A stretch of 64,000 nucleotides of DNA from Microcoleus sp. (GTDB lineage Bacteria > Cyanobacteriota > Cyanobacteriia > Cyanobacteriales > Microcoleaceae): the NCBI GenBank assembly GCA_052279835.1, contig CP181291.1, positions 2,208,001 to 2,272,000 on the forward strand, given 5' to 3'. The translations under genes and the position numbers were made by a program. The notes under the pieces are model-generated. The model was not told the origin of the DNA. It did not search any database and saw only the letters and a program-made list of their open reading frames with translations. Shown one piece after another: positions 20,310-29,690 of this stretch (positions are counted from its first letter, which is position 1; each line of letters opens with the position of its first letter).

Positions 20310-20414
20310 AGTTCATGCCAGCTTACGAACAGCTAGGCAATTAGGTCTCTGCACAGCTAGACGTAAAAGTTGAGAAAAAGATCCGGATGGTCAGAAAAAA
20401 TTTCTCACCAATAG

Positions 20415-20462
20415 TTAAGCTTCAGCAATATTCCCCTGAAAATGGGGAATGCTGAAGCTTAA
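20415..20462 (-). terminator. Long stem-loop downstream of cmpD
   Basis: ttaagcttcagca-at-attcccc...ggggaatgctgaagcttaa inverted repeat. Confidence 0.6.
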
Positions 20463-20504
20463 GTTGTTCAAGATGCCCCATTTTTCATGACTATTACCGA
20501 TCGA

Positions 20505-21350
20505 CTAAGCATCGTCATCGTGAGCAAAGCGACGGAACAAGAAATCTAGAGCGTAGTTCCGCAAATTGTAGTATTCTGGATCTTCCATAATTTGTACCCG
20601 ATCGCGCGGACGCGGAAACGGAATCTCCAAAACTTCCCCAATCGTAGCCGATGGGCCATTGGTCATCATCACCAGGCGATCGGCTAAAAACAACGCTTCA
20701 TCAATATCGTGAGTAATCATCAACACCGTACAACGGTGATCGTTCCAAATTTTCAGCAACTCTTCCTGCAATTCCTCCTTAGTAATTGCATCCAAAGCAC
20801 CAAAAGGTTCATCTAAAATCAGCACTTTCGGGCGAATGGCCAAAGCGCGGGCGATGGAAACCCGCTGCTTCATCCCCCCAGAAATTTGCGGCGGTCTTTT
20901 TTCCGCAGCTTCTGTCAATCCCACCATCGCCAAATGGTCTTTGACGATCGCATTTTTTTCCACCTTCGACTTATGGGGAAATACAGCATGAACAGCTAGA
21001 TAAACATTTTCAAACACCGTTCGCCAAGGTAGCAAAGCATAACCCTGAAACACCACCATGCGATCGGGTCCAGGCTTGGTAATTTTCTCCCCGTTAATCG
21101 TCACGCTACCCTGACTGGGAGTGCTAAAACCCGACACCATGTTTAACAGAGTTGACTTACCACAACCGGAGTGTCCAATCAGGGTAATAAACTCTCCCTC
21201 AGCTACATTCAAGTTGACGTTTTCTAAAGCCCTGTAACCGTTTGGATAGGATTTGTAAACATTTTGGATCGACAAAAAAGGCTGACGGCGATCGTTCCCT
21301 TTCTGGTTTAAAGTTTTGGTTTCGGTATTGTTTTTCGTGGTGTTAATCAT
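20505..21350 (-). CDS. cmpD: Bicarbonate ABC transporter ATP-binding subunit D
   Basis: GHSGCGKST, ISGGMKQR, ITHDIDEA; last gene of the operon. Start taken at MINTT (21350). Confidence 0.8.
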   Translation of the reverse strand: MINTTKNNTETKTLNQKGNDRRQPFLSIQNVYKSYPNGYRALENVNLNVAEGEFITLIGHSGCGKSTLLNMVSGFSTPSQGSVTINGEKITKPGPDRMVVFQGYALLPWRTVFENVYLAVHAVFPHKSKVEKNAIVKDHLAMVGLTEAAEKRPPQISGGMKQRVSIARALAIRPKVLILDEPFGALDAITKEELQEELLKIWNDHRCTVLMITHDIDEALFLADRLVMMTNGPSATIGEVLEIPFPRPRDRVQIMEDPEYYNLRNYALDFLFRRFAHDDDA

Positions 21351-21506
21351 GGCTTTAGAATTTGTTAGTGGGTGATTGGCGACGGAAGTTCGGCAATGGA
21401 TTCGCTCAACGGATTTAAGTGAGGTAACAGAGGTCAGGAATAGGGAATTACTAACTAACAAATAACAATTAGCAATTACTCTATTTTTATGTAACTGAAA
21501 ACCGCT

Positions 21507-23507
21507 CTAAGCTGCTCTGCGGCCGGAATCGAGTATCACCTCAGCCATCGTGAAATCGCGTTTAATTTTCAGACTATTGAGGTAGCCGATCGGATCGTCA
21601 GCATTAAACACCAAGCCATCAAACAAGGGAAGAGAACCGCGAGTATAAGTAATATCCGACATTCCCAACTCTCTCGCCGCCGTGCTGAAAGCGCCGACTC
21701 TAACAACCCGTTCCAGAATTTCCACCCAGTTGCGGGGAAACACAGTATCGCCCCAGCGCGCCATCTGCACCATGTGCCACAGTTGTTCAGTACGGCTGGG
21801 ACGGTTCACCCCATCTCCGCAGAACAAATGGTGGGCGTATTCCCGCATCGGACTGTCGAGGTTACAAGCATTAGATTTGGGATCGCCTAGTTGGATGTAA
21901 TTTTTGTCCGTGGCGACATACTCCCGTCCCGCGACAATTTCCGACACCTCAGCAGCGTGAGCTGGATCGGCACAATAGTGAGAAGCTTCCAGCAAAGCTT
22001 TGACTAGAGCAATGTGAGTGTTGGGATAAGCATTAGCCCAGTCTTCCCGCACCCCCAGAATTTTGGCGGGGTGTCCTGGCCACAGTTCCAAATCTGTCGC
22101 CACGGTAAAGCCGACTCCTTCGATGGAGGCCCGCAAGTTCCAAGGTTCGCCGACGCAGAAACCGTCAATAGTGCCACCTTGTAAGTCCACGATCATTTGA
22201 GCTGGAGGGATGTTTTTGAGCAAGACATCATGGTCGGGGTCAATGCCGCCGGAAGCCAGCCAGTAGCGTAGCAGCAGGTTGTGCATGGAAGAAGGGTGGA
22301 CGATCGCCATGCGGTGAGTTTGGGCCGGGGTTCTGTGCAGCATTTGCTTAAAGTCTGCCAGAGTGTAGATCCCTTGGTCGTAAAACCGCTTGGCGAGGGT
22401 AATTCCGTTACCGTTGCGGCTCATGGTGAGGGCTGTAACCGTCGGTATGGGCTTCTCTTGGTGGCCCCCCAAGCTCAACCACATTGCCATGCCAGAGGGC
22501 ATTTGGGCTGCGTCTAAGTAACCTGCGGCGATGCCGTCTACGATGCCGCGCCAGCTTGTTTCGCGCACCAGGTGGACTTCATCGAGGCCGTGCTTGGCAA
22601 AAAAGCCTTTTTCTTTGGCGACGGCTAGGGGAGCGCAGGCTGCGAGGGGGACGAAGCCTAGTTCTAGGTTGACTTTTTCCAGTCCATGACGGGCGATCGC
22701 CGGTACTTTCCGCGCCCGCAGTTTTTTCACCCGTTTTTGCTGGTTGAGGAAGTAAATCATTTCGCTGCGTAGAGCGTAGTAACTGGGGTGTGAGACTACT
22801 TCCATCCGCTTGCGGGGGCGGGGGATGTCTACTTCCAAAATCCCGCCAATCTTCGATTCTGGGCCGTTGGTGAGCATGACGATGCGATCGCTCAGCAATA
22901 CTGCCTCATCCACATCGTGAGTCACCATCAGGGCGCTGATTTCATACTCTTGGCAAATTTCCATCAACTTTTCTTGCAAGTTGCCGCGAGTTAAGGCGTC
23001 GAGGGCACCGAAGGGTTCGTCTAAGAGTAACAGTTTAGGACGCAGGGCGAGGGCACGGGCGATCGCCACGCGCTGTTTTTGTCCGCCGGAAAGCAGTGCA
23101 GGCTGTTTTTCCGAGTGGGGGCCCAAGCCTACCATATCAATGTGTTTTTGGATGATTTCTAGGCGTTCGGCTTTGGGTAAGCCGTTCATCACTGAGTCTA
23201 CGGCTAGGGTAATGTTTTCCCTGACTGTTCGCCAAGGTAGGAGCGAATAGTTTTGGAAGACTACCATGCGATCTGGGCCAGGTTGAGTGATTCTTTGTCC
23301 TTCGATCGTCACCAGCCCTTCTGTAGGCAAATCCAAACCAGCCACCATGTTGAGTAGCGTAGATTTCCCACAGCCCGAGTGTCCGATTAAGGAAATAAAT
23401 TCACCTTTTTTAATCTCCAGATCGATGCCTTTGAGTGCAACATAGGTGCCACCGTCTGATAGATTAAAAACTTTTTGGAGTTGTTCTACTGCAATCAAAA
23501 CAGACAT
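21507..23507 (-). CDS. cmpC: Bicarbonate ABC transporter ATP-binding subunit C (ATPase fused to a solute-binding-like domain)
   Basis: 666 aa. ATPase domain followed by an NrtA/CmpA-like C-terminal domain (LEKVNLELGFVPL). Confidence 0.82.
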   Translation of the reverse strand: MSVLIAVEQLQKVFNLSDGGTYVALKGIDLEIKKGEFISLIGHSGCGKSTLLNMVAGLDLPTEGLVTIEGQRITQPGPDRMVVFQNYSLLPWRTVRENITLAVDSVMNGLPKAERLEIIQKHIDMVGLGPHSEKQPALLSGGQKQRVAIARALALRPKLLLLDEPFGALDALTRGNLQEKLMEICQEYEISALMVTHDVDEAVLLSDRIVMLTNGPESKIGGILEVDIPRPRKRMEVVSHPSYYALRSEMIYFLNQQKRVKKLRARKVPAIARHGLEKVNLELGFVPLAACAPLAVAKEKGFFAKHGLDEVHLVRETSWRGIVDGIAAGYLDAAQMPSGMAMWLSLGGHQEKPIPTVTALTMSRNGNGITLAKRFYDQGIYTLADFKQMLHRTPAQTHRMAIVHPSSMHNLLLRYWLASGGIDPDHDVLLKNIPPAQMIVDLQGGTIDGFCVGEPWNLRASIEGVGFTVATDLELWPGHPAKILGVREDWANAYPNTHIALVKALLEASHYCADPAHAAEVSEIVAGREYVATDKNYIQLGDPKSNACNLDSPMREYAHHLFCGDGVNRPSRTEQLWHMVQMARWGDTVFPRNWVEILERVVRVGAFSTAARELGMSDITYTRGSLPLFDGLVFNADDPIGYLNSLKIKRDFTMAEVILDSGRRAA

Positions 23508-23569
23508 GATTTTCTTGCCTTTTTTGTAGGTTGGTTTTTTAGCTAGATAATGTCGCTTTTAGTCGAGTC

Positions 23570-23760
23570 TAGATCCCCCTAAATCCCCCTTAAGAAGGGG
23601 GACTTCGATCGATTTTAACTGGTTCCTAGGCTCTGCCTGGTTAACTGGTTCCTAGGCTCTGCCTGGTTAACTGGTTCCTAGGCTCTGCCTCACTTGTCTA
23701 GGAGTAAAATTCGAGGCAGAGCCTCTGGATCTGCGTTTCCAGGCTCTTCCTGGGAACGAG
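23570..23760. repeat. Intergenic repeat cluster (CCCCCTAAATCCCCCTTAAGAAGGGGG element plus GAGGCAGAGCCTC element)
   Basis: agatccccctaaatcccccttaagaagggggactt followed by three 26-bp ttaactggttcctaggctctgcctgg units. Confidence 0.8.
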
Positions 23761-23784
23761 TAGATTTGCCTGGTTAAGTAGAAA

Positions 23785-24630
23785 CTACTTTCCTTGACTA
23801 GGAGCAATTTTTTGCTGCAACCAAGCCATCAGGCGATCGAGCATCAAACCAACTGCTCCAATATAGAAAACAGCTAATAGAATTTCGCTGATGTAGTTTT
23901 GTTGGTAAGCATTCCAAATAAAGAAACCAATACCCGTAATCCCCGACATCACAATTTCCGCAGCAATAATCGCCAGCCAAGCCAAACCGATCGCAATTCT
24001 CAATCCTGTGAAGATATAAGGAAGTGCTGACGGAAACAAAATATTGATGTAATATTCCTGACGAGACAGTTGCAGCACTTTCGCCACGTTATTATAGTCA
24101 TCGGGAATTTGGCGGACACCTTCTGTTGTGTTAATTAAAATCGGCCAAACTGAAGTAATAAAAATCACGAACAAAGCAGCAGGTTCGTTTTGTTGTAATG
24201 CAGCCAGGGCGATCGGTACCCAAGCCAAAGGAGCCACCATCCGCAAAAACTGGAAAATCGGATCTAAAGCCTTATTTAAAAAAGGATTTGTCCCTACCAC
24301 AACCCCCAGGCTAATTCCCACAAGAGCCGCGAGAGTGTAGCCTTTTGCCACCCGTTCCAAACTAGCCAAAGTCTGCCAAAACAAACCGACTCCGTAGGTT
24401 TTGGAGTTCATGAAAGGATACATCAACAAGACGCGAGTCCGTTCATCAGTCCAAACGCTAGTCGGTCCCGGCAACTTGATAATTCCCGTGCTAGACAAGA
24501 ATTGCCAAACAAACAGAAATCCAATTATTCCTAGGATTGGTGGCAATAAATTTTGGGAATTCTTTTTCCAAAATTCGCCAAATGCTCCTTGGACATCGAC
24601 TCCGCCCTTGCGATTTGTGCTTACAGCCAT
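23785..24630 (-). CDS. cmpB: Bicarbonate ABC transporter permease
   Basis: NrtB/CmpB-type permease (LRMVAPLAWVPI, WLAIIAAE). Confidence 0.82.
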   Translation of the reverse strand: MAVSTNRKGGVDVQGAFGEFWKKNSQNLLPPILGIIGFLFVWQFLSSTGIIKLPGPTSVWTDERTRVLLMYPFMNSKTYGVGLFWQTLASLERVAKGYTLAALVGISLGVVVGTNPFLNKALDPIFQFLRMVAPLAWVPIALAALQQNEPAALFVIFITSVWPILINTTEGVRQIPDDYNNVAKVLQLSRQEYYINILFPSALPYIFTGLRIAIGLAWLAIIAAEIVMSGITGIGFFIWNAYQQNYISEILLAVFYIGAVGLMLDRLMAWLQQKIAPSQGK

Positions 24631-24709
24631 GCTGCTAATCTCCTATGTTGGTGCTATTTGTTTGCAAAACTAAATTTTCTCAACTTTCATTATGGGAAGC
24701 TGTTACCCA

Positions 24710-26110
24710 TCACACTTTTTTAATTGCTAAACTCTTGAGATATTCTTCGGGATTTTCCGGGTTAAATTCTTTCCCGTCAAAGAACTTTTCAATGCCACGA
24801 GACGTATTTTTGGGAATTTCAGCATCAGGAACTCCTGCTAATTTTGCTGCTGCTTTCCACAAATCGCCACGGTTGACTTTACCAATAATTTCTTTCTTTT
24901 CTGACAAAGTTTTTGTCGGCAAGAAACCCCAGCGAATGCTTTCGGTTAAGAACCACAAATCATGGCTTGCGTAGGGATAAGAAACGTTGCCGATGTCGTC
25001 TTTCCAGTACAGCGGACTCATCTTGAAGTCATTGATGTCTGGTTTGGCGTCGCCCATGACATATTTGCCTTCATAAGGAGGGTTCAAAACTGCTGGAGAT
25101 ACGTCAAAGAAGTTTTTACCCGAAACAATGCTCACTAATTCGGCTCGATGTTCGGGCTTGTCGCACCACTGCTGTGCTTCGATTAGTCCTGCTAGCAGCG
25201 CTTCGGTGGCTTTCGGGTGTTTGTCTACCCAATCACCGCGAATTGCGAGATATTCTTCTGGGTGCCCTTTCCAGATTTCGGCTGTCAAAGCTGACATGAA
25301 GCCGATTTTTTCGTTGACAATGCGCAGGGGCCAGGGGTCGCCTGTGCTGAAACCGTCCATGCTTCCGGTTTTCATGTTGGCCACAGTTTGGGCTGCCGGT
25401 ACTGTCAGCAAACTGACATCTGTATCGGGATTGATGCCGTTAGCAGCTAGCCAGTACCGAATCCACAAATCTTGGTTGACTTTGGGAAAAGTATAGGCTG
25501 CTTTGAAGGGGGTGCCTGCTTTGGCAAGATCTTTGATGTAGTTTTGGGCCGCTTGGTCTAGTTTAAGTCCAAGGCCTTTGCCTTGGTGTTTGCCCGCGAT
25601 CGCAATTCCATTTCCCTGAGTGTTTAACTGCGCCAGAACATACATCGGGATTTGGACGCTGTTTTTAGTAATCAGACCTTTACTAATTAGATAAGGCATG
25701 GGCATTTGCCACTGGCCGCCGTCAATCCCACCGCCTGCGGAGCCGATTTCTACGTTGTCTCTGGCCGAACCCCAGTTGGCTTGTTTCGCAACTACGACAT
25801 CCGTCATGCCATACTTGGCAAAAAAGCCTTTTTCTTGGGCAATGATTAAAGGTGCTGCTTCGACGATGGGGATGTATCCCAAGGTGATCTTAGTGCTTTC
25901 AATTCCTTCGACTCTTTTCTCGTTGGCAACAGCAACTGGTGATGTTGCCACAGGTGCTGTCCCTGAGCCAGCAGTGCTACCAGCGCCCGCACTACCAGTG
26001 GGTTCTGGGGGATTTCCCAGACAGCCTTTGAGTAATATTGAACTGACAGCAGATGCACCTGCGGTGACGATAAATTTACGTCTGGAAAAATTCTCTGAAA
26101 ATTTTGTCAT
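24710..26110 (-). CDS. cmpA: Bicarbonate-binding lipoprotein
   Basis: Tat lipoprotein SRRKF...LKGCLGNPP and [11 protein letters not shown], CmpA-type rather than the NrtA-type GAHIL. No nirA/narB adjacent. Confidence 0.85.
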   Translation of the reverse strand: MTKFSENFSRRKFIVTAGASAVSSILLKGCLGNPPEPTGSAGAGSTAGSGTAPVATSPVAVANEKRVEGIESTKITLGYIPIVEAAPLIIAQEKGFFAKYGMTDVVVAKQANWGSARDNVEIGSAGGGIDGGQWQMPMPYLISKGLITKNSVQIPMYVLAQLNTQGNGIAIAGKHQGKGLGLKLDQAAQNYIKDLAKAGTPFKAAYTFPKVNQDLWIRYWLAANGINPDTDVSLLTVPAAQTVANMKTGSMDGFSTGDPWPLRIVNEKIGFMSALTAEIWKGHPEEYLAIRGDWVDKHPKATEALLAGLIEAQQWCDKPEHRAELVSIVSGKNFFDVSPAVLNPPYEGKYVMGDAKPDINDFKMSPLYWKDDIGNVSYPYASHDLWFLTESIRWGFLPTKTLSEKKEIIGKVNRGDLWKAAAKLAGVPDAEIPKNTSRGIEKFFDGKEFNPENPEEYLKSLAIKKV

Positions 26111-26923
26111 AGCCTAGCCTCGCTGCAATCCATAATCTTCTGTAACGACATCACTGAAGTTTATCAAGGCGCTTTTTTGCTGTTTGCTAATTGGGTTTAG
26201 CGAACTCTTTTGAGCGCAGGTTAGCAGTACGGAGTCAAAGATTTATGGTTAGCATAAGTCTTTAGACTATCCCTACTGATTTGATTCTTTTGATTAAATC
26301 GATATTGGGGTCAGCCCTGTTGTGTGAGCGACGCTGGTTGCGATCCCCACGTTTTATTGGCTTGATGATCAAGTCTACCGTAATCTGGCAGTAATTCTAA
26401 AACAATTATTAAATTTGACTTATAAGTAAATGTTTTCGGATGTGGCTATCAATAAGCAATGGTTGACTATGGCCTGCTGGTTTGCTTATCAAAACTGTTT
26501 CAAACAAAGACTTGTAGCTCAAGGGCTGTAGCGAAGAGCGAGCGGGGGGCCTTCAAATCTATTGTCAATAAGCTCTCAACATCTGAGCGATCGGACATTT
26601 ACTTTGTTAATGTATGTATATTTTTTTTAAGGTTGGGATGAATTGTGTTCTAGGATACAGTAAATTAAAATTGATAGGAATTAGGCAAAAAACCCGGTTT
26701 ATGAGAAAAAATCGTCGCTCTATCGCCTGAGATGTTGACGCAGAAGCCGGGTTTTTGACCCCCCGTGTGTCCAGGACTGATAGACTTAAAAATAACTCAA
26801 CAGGAATCCCGCCTGAAGTTACCCTCGAAGGGGAACTTCAGTTTAAGTTGTCACCAATGGGCTATGCCTAGTAACCAGTAAAATGAGTAATTTAAAAATC
26901 CACCATAAACCGCAAACAACGGT

Positions 26924-27619
26924 TTAATTTTGTTGAGGTTCCATCATCGTAGCCCAGCGGCGTTTCAATGCCAAAGTTAGTCCATCAGCAATCGGGATCA
27001 CACTGAGAGTTACTCTGGGATCGTTACGCAATTTGTCGTTGAAACTACGAAGGGCTAGGGTACTTTGGTCTTGTACTTGAGGATCGGCAACTCGTCCTGA
27101 CCACAGAACATTGTCAATTACAATTAAGCCGCCATTCCGTACCAGTTGGAGCGATCGCTCAAAATAAGCTTCATAATTTTCTTTATCCGCATCAATGAAA
27201 GCAAAATCAAAAGTTCCTGCTTGTCCTTCGGCGATAAGCTGATCGAGAGTATGAATTGCCGGGCCCAAGTGCAAAGCAATCTTGTGGGCGACACCCGCTG
27301 CTGCCCAATAGCGACGCGCGATATCCGTATATTCTTCGCTGACATCACAAGCCACAATTTTTCCGTTGGAAGGTAGTGCTAAAGCTACGCACAGGGAGCT
27401 ATATCCCGTAAACACCCCAACTTCTAAGGTTTTTGTCGCTCCCATGAGTTGCACCAGTATCTCCATAAACTGACCTTGTTCAGGAGCGATTTGCATCATA
27501 CCCATAGGATGTTTAGCAGTTTCTTCTCGCAGTTGCTGAAGAATATCTGGCTCCCGCAGGGAAATAGATAATAGATAATCGTAAAGTTGATTTTCTAGAC
27601 CAAGAGTTGAGTTCGCCAT
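26924..27619 (-). CDS. Class I SAM-dependent O-methyltransferase (CCoAOMT-like)
   Basis: MQIAPEQGQF, LEVGVFTGYS, FIDADK, DNVLW. Confidence 0.92.
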   Translation of the reverse strand: MANSTLGLENQLYDYLLSISLREPDILQQLREETAKHPMGMMQIAPEQGQFMEILVQLMGATKTLEVGVFTGYSSLCVALALPSNGKIVACDVSEEYTDIARRYWAAAGVAHKIALHLGPAIHTLDQLIAEGQAGTFDFAFIDADKENYEAYFERSLQLVRNGGLIVIDNVLWSGRVADPQVQDQSTLALRSFNDKLRNDPRVTLSVIPIADGLTLALKRRWATMMEPQQN

Positions 27620-27899
27620 CGGTTTGTCCTTGCTGCTGACTTGTGATTTTAAGTAGTAGACGCGCAGATATTAGATGAAGACGCTAGAGTCAATTGTAGA
27701 TGCTGTGCGTCCAGGACTGAGTTAGAGACACGCAACTGGCAGAACGCGCGATCGCCATCCAAATCAGTTTATCTCAGCCCTAGCTGATTCTGCTGCTGTA
27801 TGAGAGTTGTCCCAAAATAACAGTCAAAAACAGGCTGTTGAGGCCTGTTCCACAGGAATTATGGGAGATTTATTTGACTACTGACAGGGACTACTTGGC

Positions 27900-28005
27900 A
27901 ATAGGAAGCTTTCTTAACTGTCACACTCTTGTTAGATATCCAAAGCCCCTACGCAAGGGCTGGCCATTTAGTTGAATAGGAAGCTTTCCTAACTGTCACA
28001 CTCTT
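27900..28005. repeat. 31-bp direct repeat pair upstream of a membrane protein gene
   Basis: aataggaagctttc(t/c)taactgtcacactctt at 27900-27930 and 27975-28005, one mismatch. Confidence 0.85.
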
Positions 28006-28064
28006 TTCACCTCGTCCTGCAAACCCACGCACAATCAAAACAACATTCCGCAAAGGCGATCGCA

Positions 28065-28835
28065 ATGTATTACACTTTCGCAGGTTTTGGTGCCAGCACA
28101 GGCATATTTTTACTATTAGTTTTTGCCATTCTGCAATGGTTGCACATCCCCGCCGGCAGCTTCATTGATTGGGTAATTGCCATTGCTATTTTTGAATGGT
28201 TATTGTTGATAGTTACAGTTCCGTGGAATATCCATTTTGAAGCTAAAGAAGTTTTAGCCCAAGCCACAGAATCAACCGAAAAAGGTATTGTAGTTGACGA
28301 CAAACAAGTCAAATACGTTACTGTATTAGTTAGTCGATCGCTCCTGGTGGCCATCGGACTGCACCTCTTGAGCGCGATCGCCCTTTACACCCTAGCCGCC
28401 ACCGGAATTAGCGCAATTGGCTATCTCAGTTCGGGTGCTGCACTGCTGTTAACTATACTGCGCCCAGCGATTAGAGGTTATCAATATTTAGCAGCGCGGC
28501 TGACAATGATTCGCCGTCAATTTTTGCACCCCCGCGAAGATATTCTCGAACTCCGCAGCCGCTTCGCCAACTTAGAATCTACCATTAACAATTTAGAAGC
28601 TAAGTTCAACTCTAACGATCCGAATTCTTGGGTAGCTATCCAAGAGCGACAGCAGGAAGCTAACACAAGAGACTTAACTCGACTAGCAGCATCTCTACAA
28701 GACTTGACTGCTACAAATCAGGCAGAACATACTAAACTGACAAGAGATGCAGAAAGTGCGATCGCCCAACTCACCGATGACGGAAAATTCCTCAACCACG
28801 TCCGCGAAATCATCCGATTTTTCAAAGAAGCATAA
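28065..28835 (+). CDS. Hypothetical protein, four TM segments plus C-terminal coiled coil
   Basis: 256-aa ORF with a hydrophobic N-half and a heptad-rich C-half. Confidence 0.75.
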   Translation: MYYTFAGFGASTGIFLLLVFAILQWLHIPAGSFIDWVIAIAIFEWLLLIVTVPWNIHFEAKEVLAQATESTEKGIVVDDKQVKYVTVLVSRSLLVAIGLHLLSAIALYTLAATGISAIGYLSSGAALLLTILRPAIRGYQYLAARLTMIRRQFLHPREDILELRSRFANLESTINNLEAKFNSNDPNSWVAIQERQQEANTRDLTRLAASLQDLTATNQAEHTKLTRDAESAIAQLTDDGKFLNHVREIIRFFKEA

Positions 28836-29167
28836 ACTACCAGCCAATGCCCATTCCCCATTTTCTACCTTTAGATAGATGTCAAATAGAGGCGATCGGT
28901 AAGTTTGGGGGGTAAAAATTGATGAGACCACTCCCATAATTATTGTCGAACACGCATCTCTTCGACCAAGCTGAGGGGAAACCGCCTGCGTGTTCTTGAC
29001 TGTCTTTTGAGGAGATTTCTATGAGCAAGAGTTTTTTTATTCCTTCTGTCATAAGCTCTATCGTCAGGAAACTATAACCAAAGATAGTTAGGGAATCCCT
29101 GAGCTTAAGTCTAGTATTTAAACATAGGTCAAAGACACTTTTTGAAAAAATAACCCAGGAATAAATC

Positions 29168-29584
29168 ATGAGTATTAGCAAAGCAACACCAACAGATGTA
29201 GAAATCGAAGCTAATATGCAAGCCCCCCACTACGACAGGGGCATCACTCCTGCCGAAACAGCAGCGCGGCAAGAACGTGAAGGTAGCAACTTCATGCACA
29301 CAACCACAGAACAACATCAGCAAGATGCCAAAACTGATGACCAAACTGATGATGAAAGTATTCGTACTACAGATGGCTATACAGTAGACAAAGAAGGTCT
29401 TGTTAACAATTACGCGATCGAACCCGAAATGTACATTGACGAACCGGGTGATTTGAGAGCAAAAGAAGAAGCAGAAGCCCAAGAACGCGCCCGTATCTTG
29501 GCAGAAATTAAAGATAAAAGAGGTGAAGAAGGTAAACTGACCGCCGAAACAGATATGCGTGGCAAAGGGCCAGGAATTATCTAA
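29168..29584 (+). CDS. Small acidic hydrophilic hypothetical protein
   Basis: 138 aa, AGGA upstream, motifs DGYTVDKEGLVNNYAIEPEMY and GKGPGII. Confidence 0.75.
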   Translation: MSISKATPTDVEIEANMQAPHYDRGITPAETAARQEREGSNFMHTTTEQHQQDAKTDDQTDDESIRTTDGYTVDKEGLVNNYAIEPEMYIDEPGDLRAKEEAEAQERARILAEIKDKRGEEGKLTAETDMRGKGPGII

Positions 29585-29628
29585 AATATCTGGTTGTGAC
29601 AGACTTTCTAAAAAAATATCAGACCCAG

Positions 29629-29657
29629 ATTCCCGACTTCTTAAAGAAGTCGGGAAT
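29629..29657. terminator. Palindrome between convergent genes
   Basis: attcccgacttc-ttaaa-gaagtcgggaat. Confidence 0.6.
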
Positions 29658-29690
29658 TTAACCACTATCGCATTCTACGTTTAAGTCACT

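Noticed and set aside
20505..26110. nrtABCD nitrate transporter
   Set aside because: Binding-protein motifs are CmpA-type and nirA/narB are absent.
26644..26659. NtcA site upstream of cmpA (TGT-N10-ACA)
   Set aside because: Imperfect (GTG-N8-TAC), about 530 bp from the start, and not expected for cmp.
27900..28005. Mini CRISPR array
   Set aside because: Only two copies, no CRISPR-type terminal motif or palindrome, and no cas context. Kept as a direct repeat.
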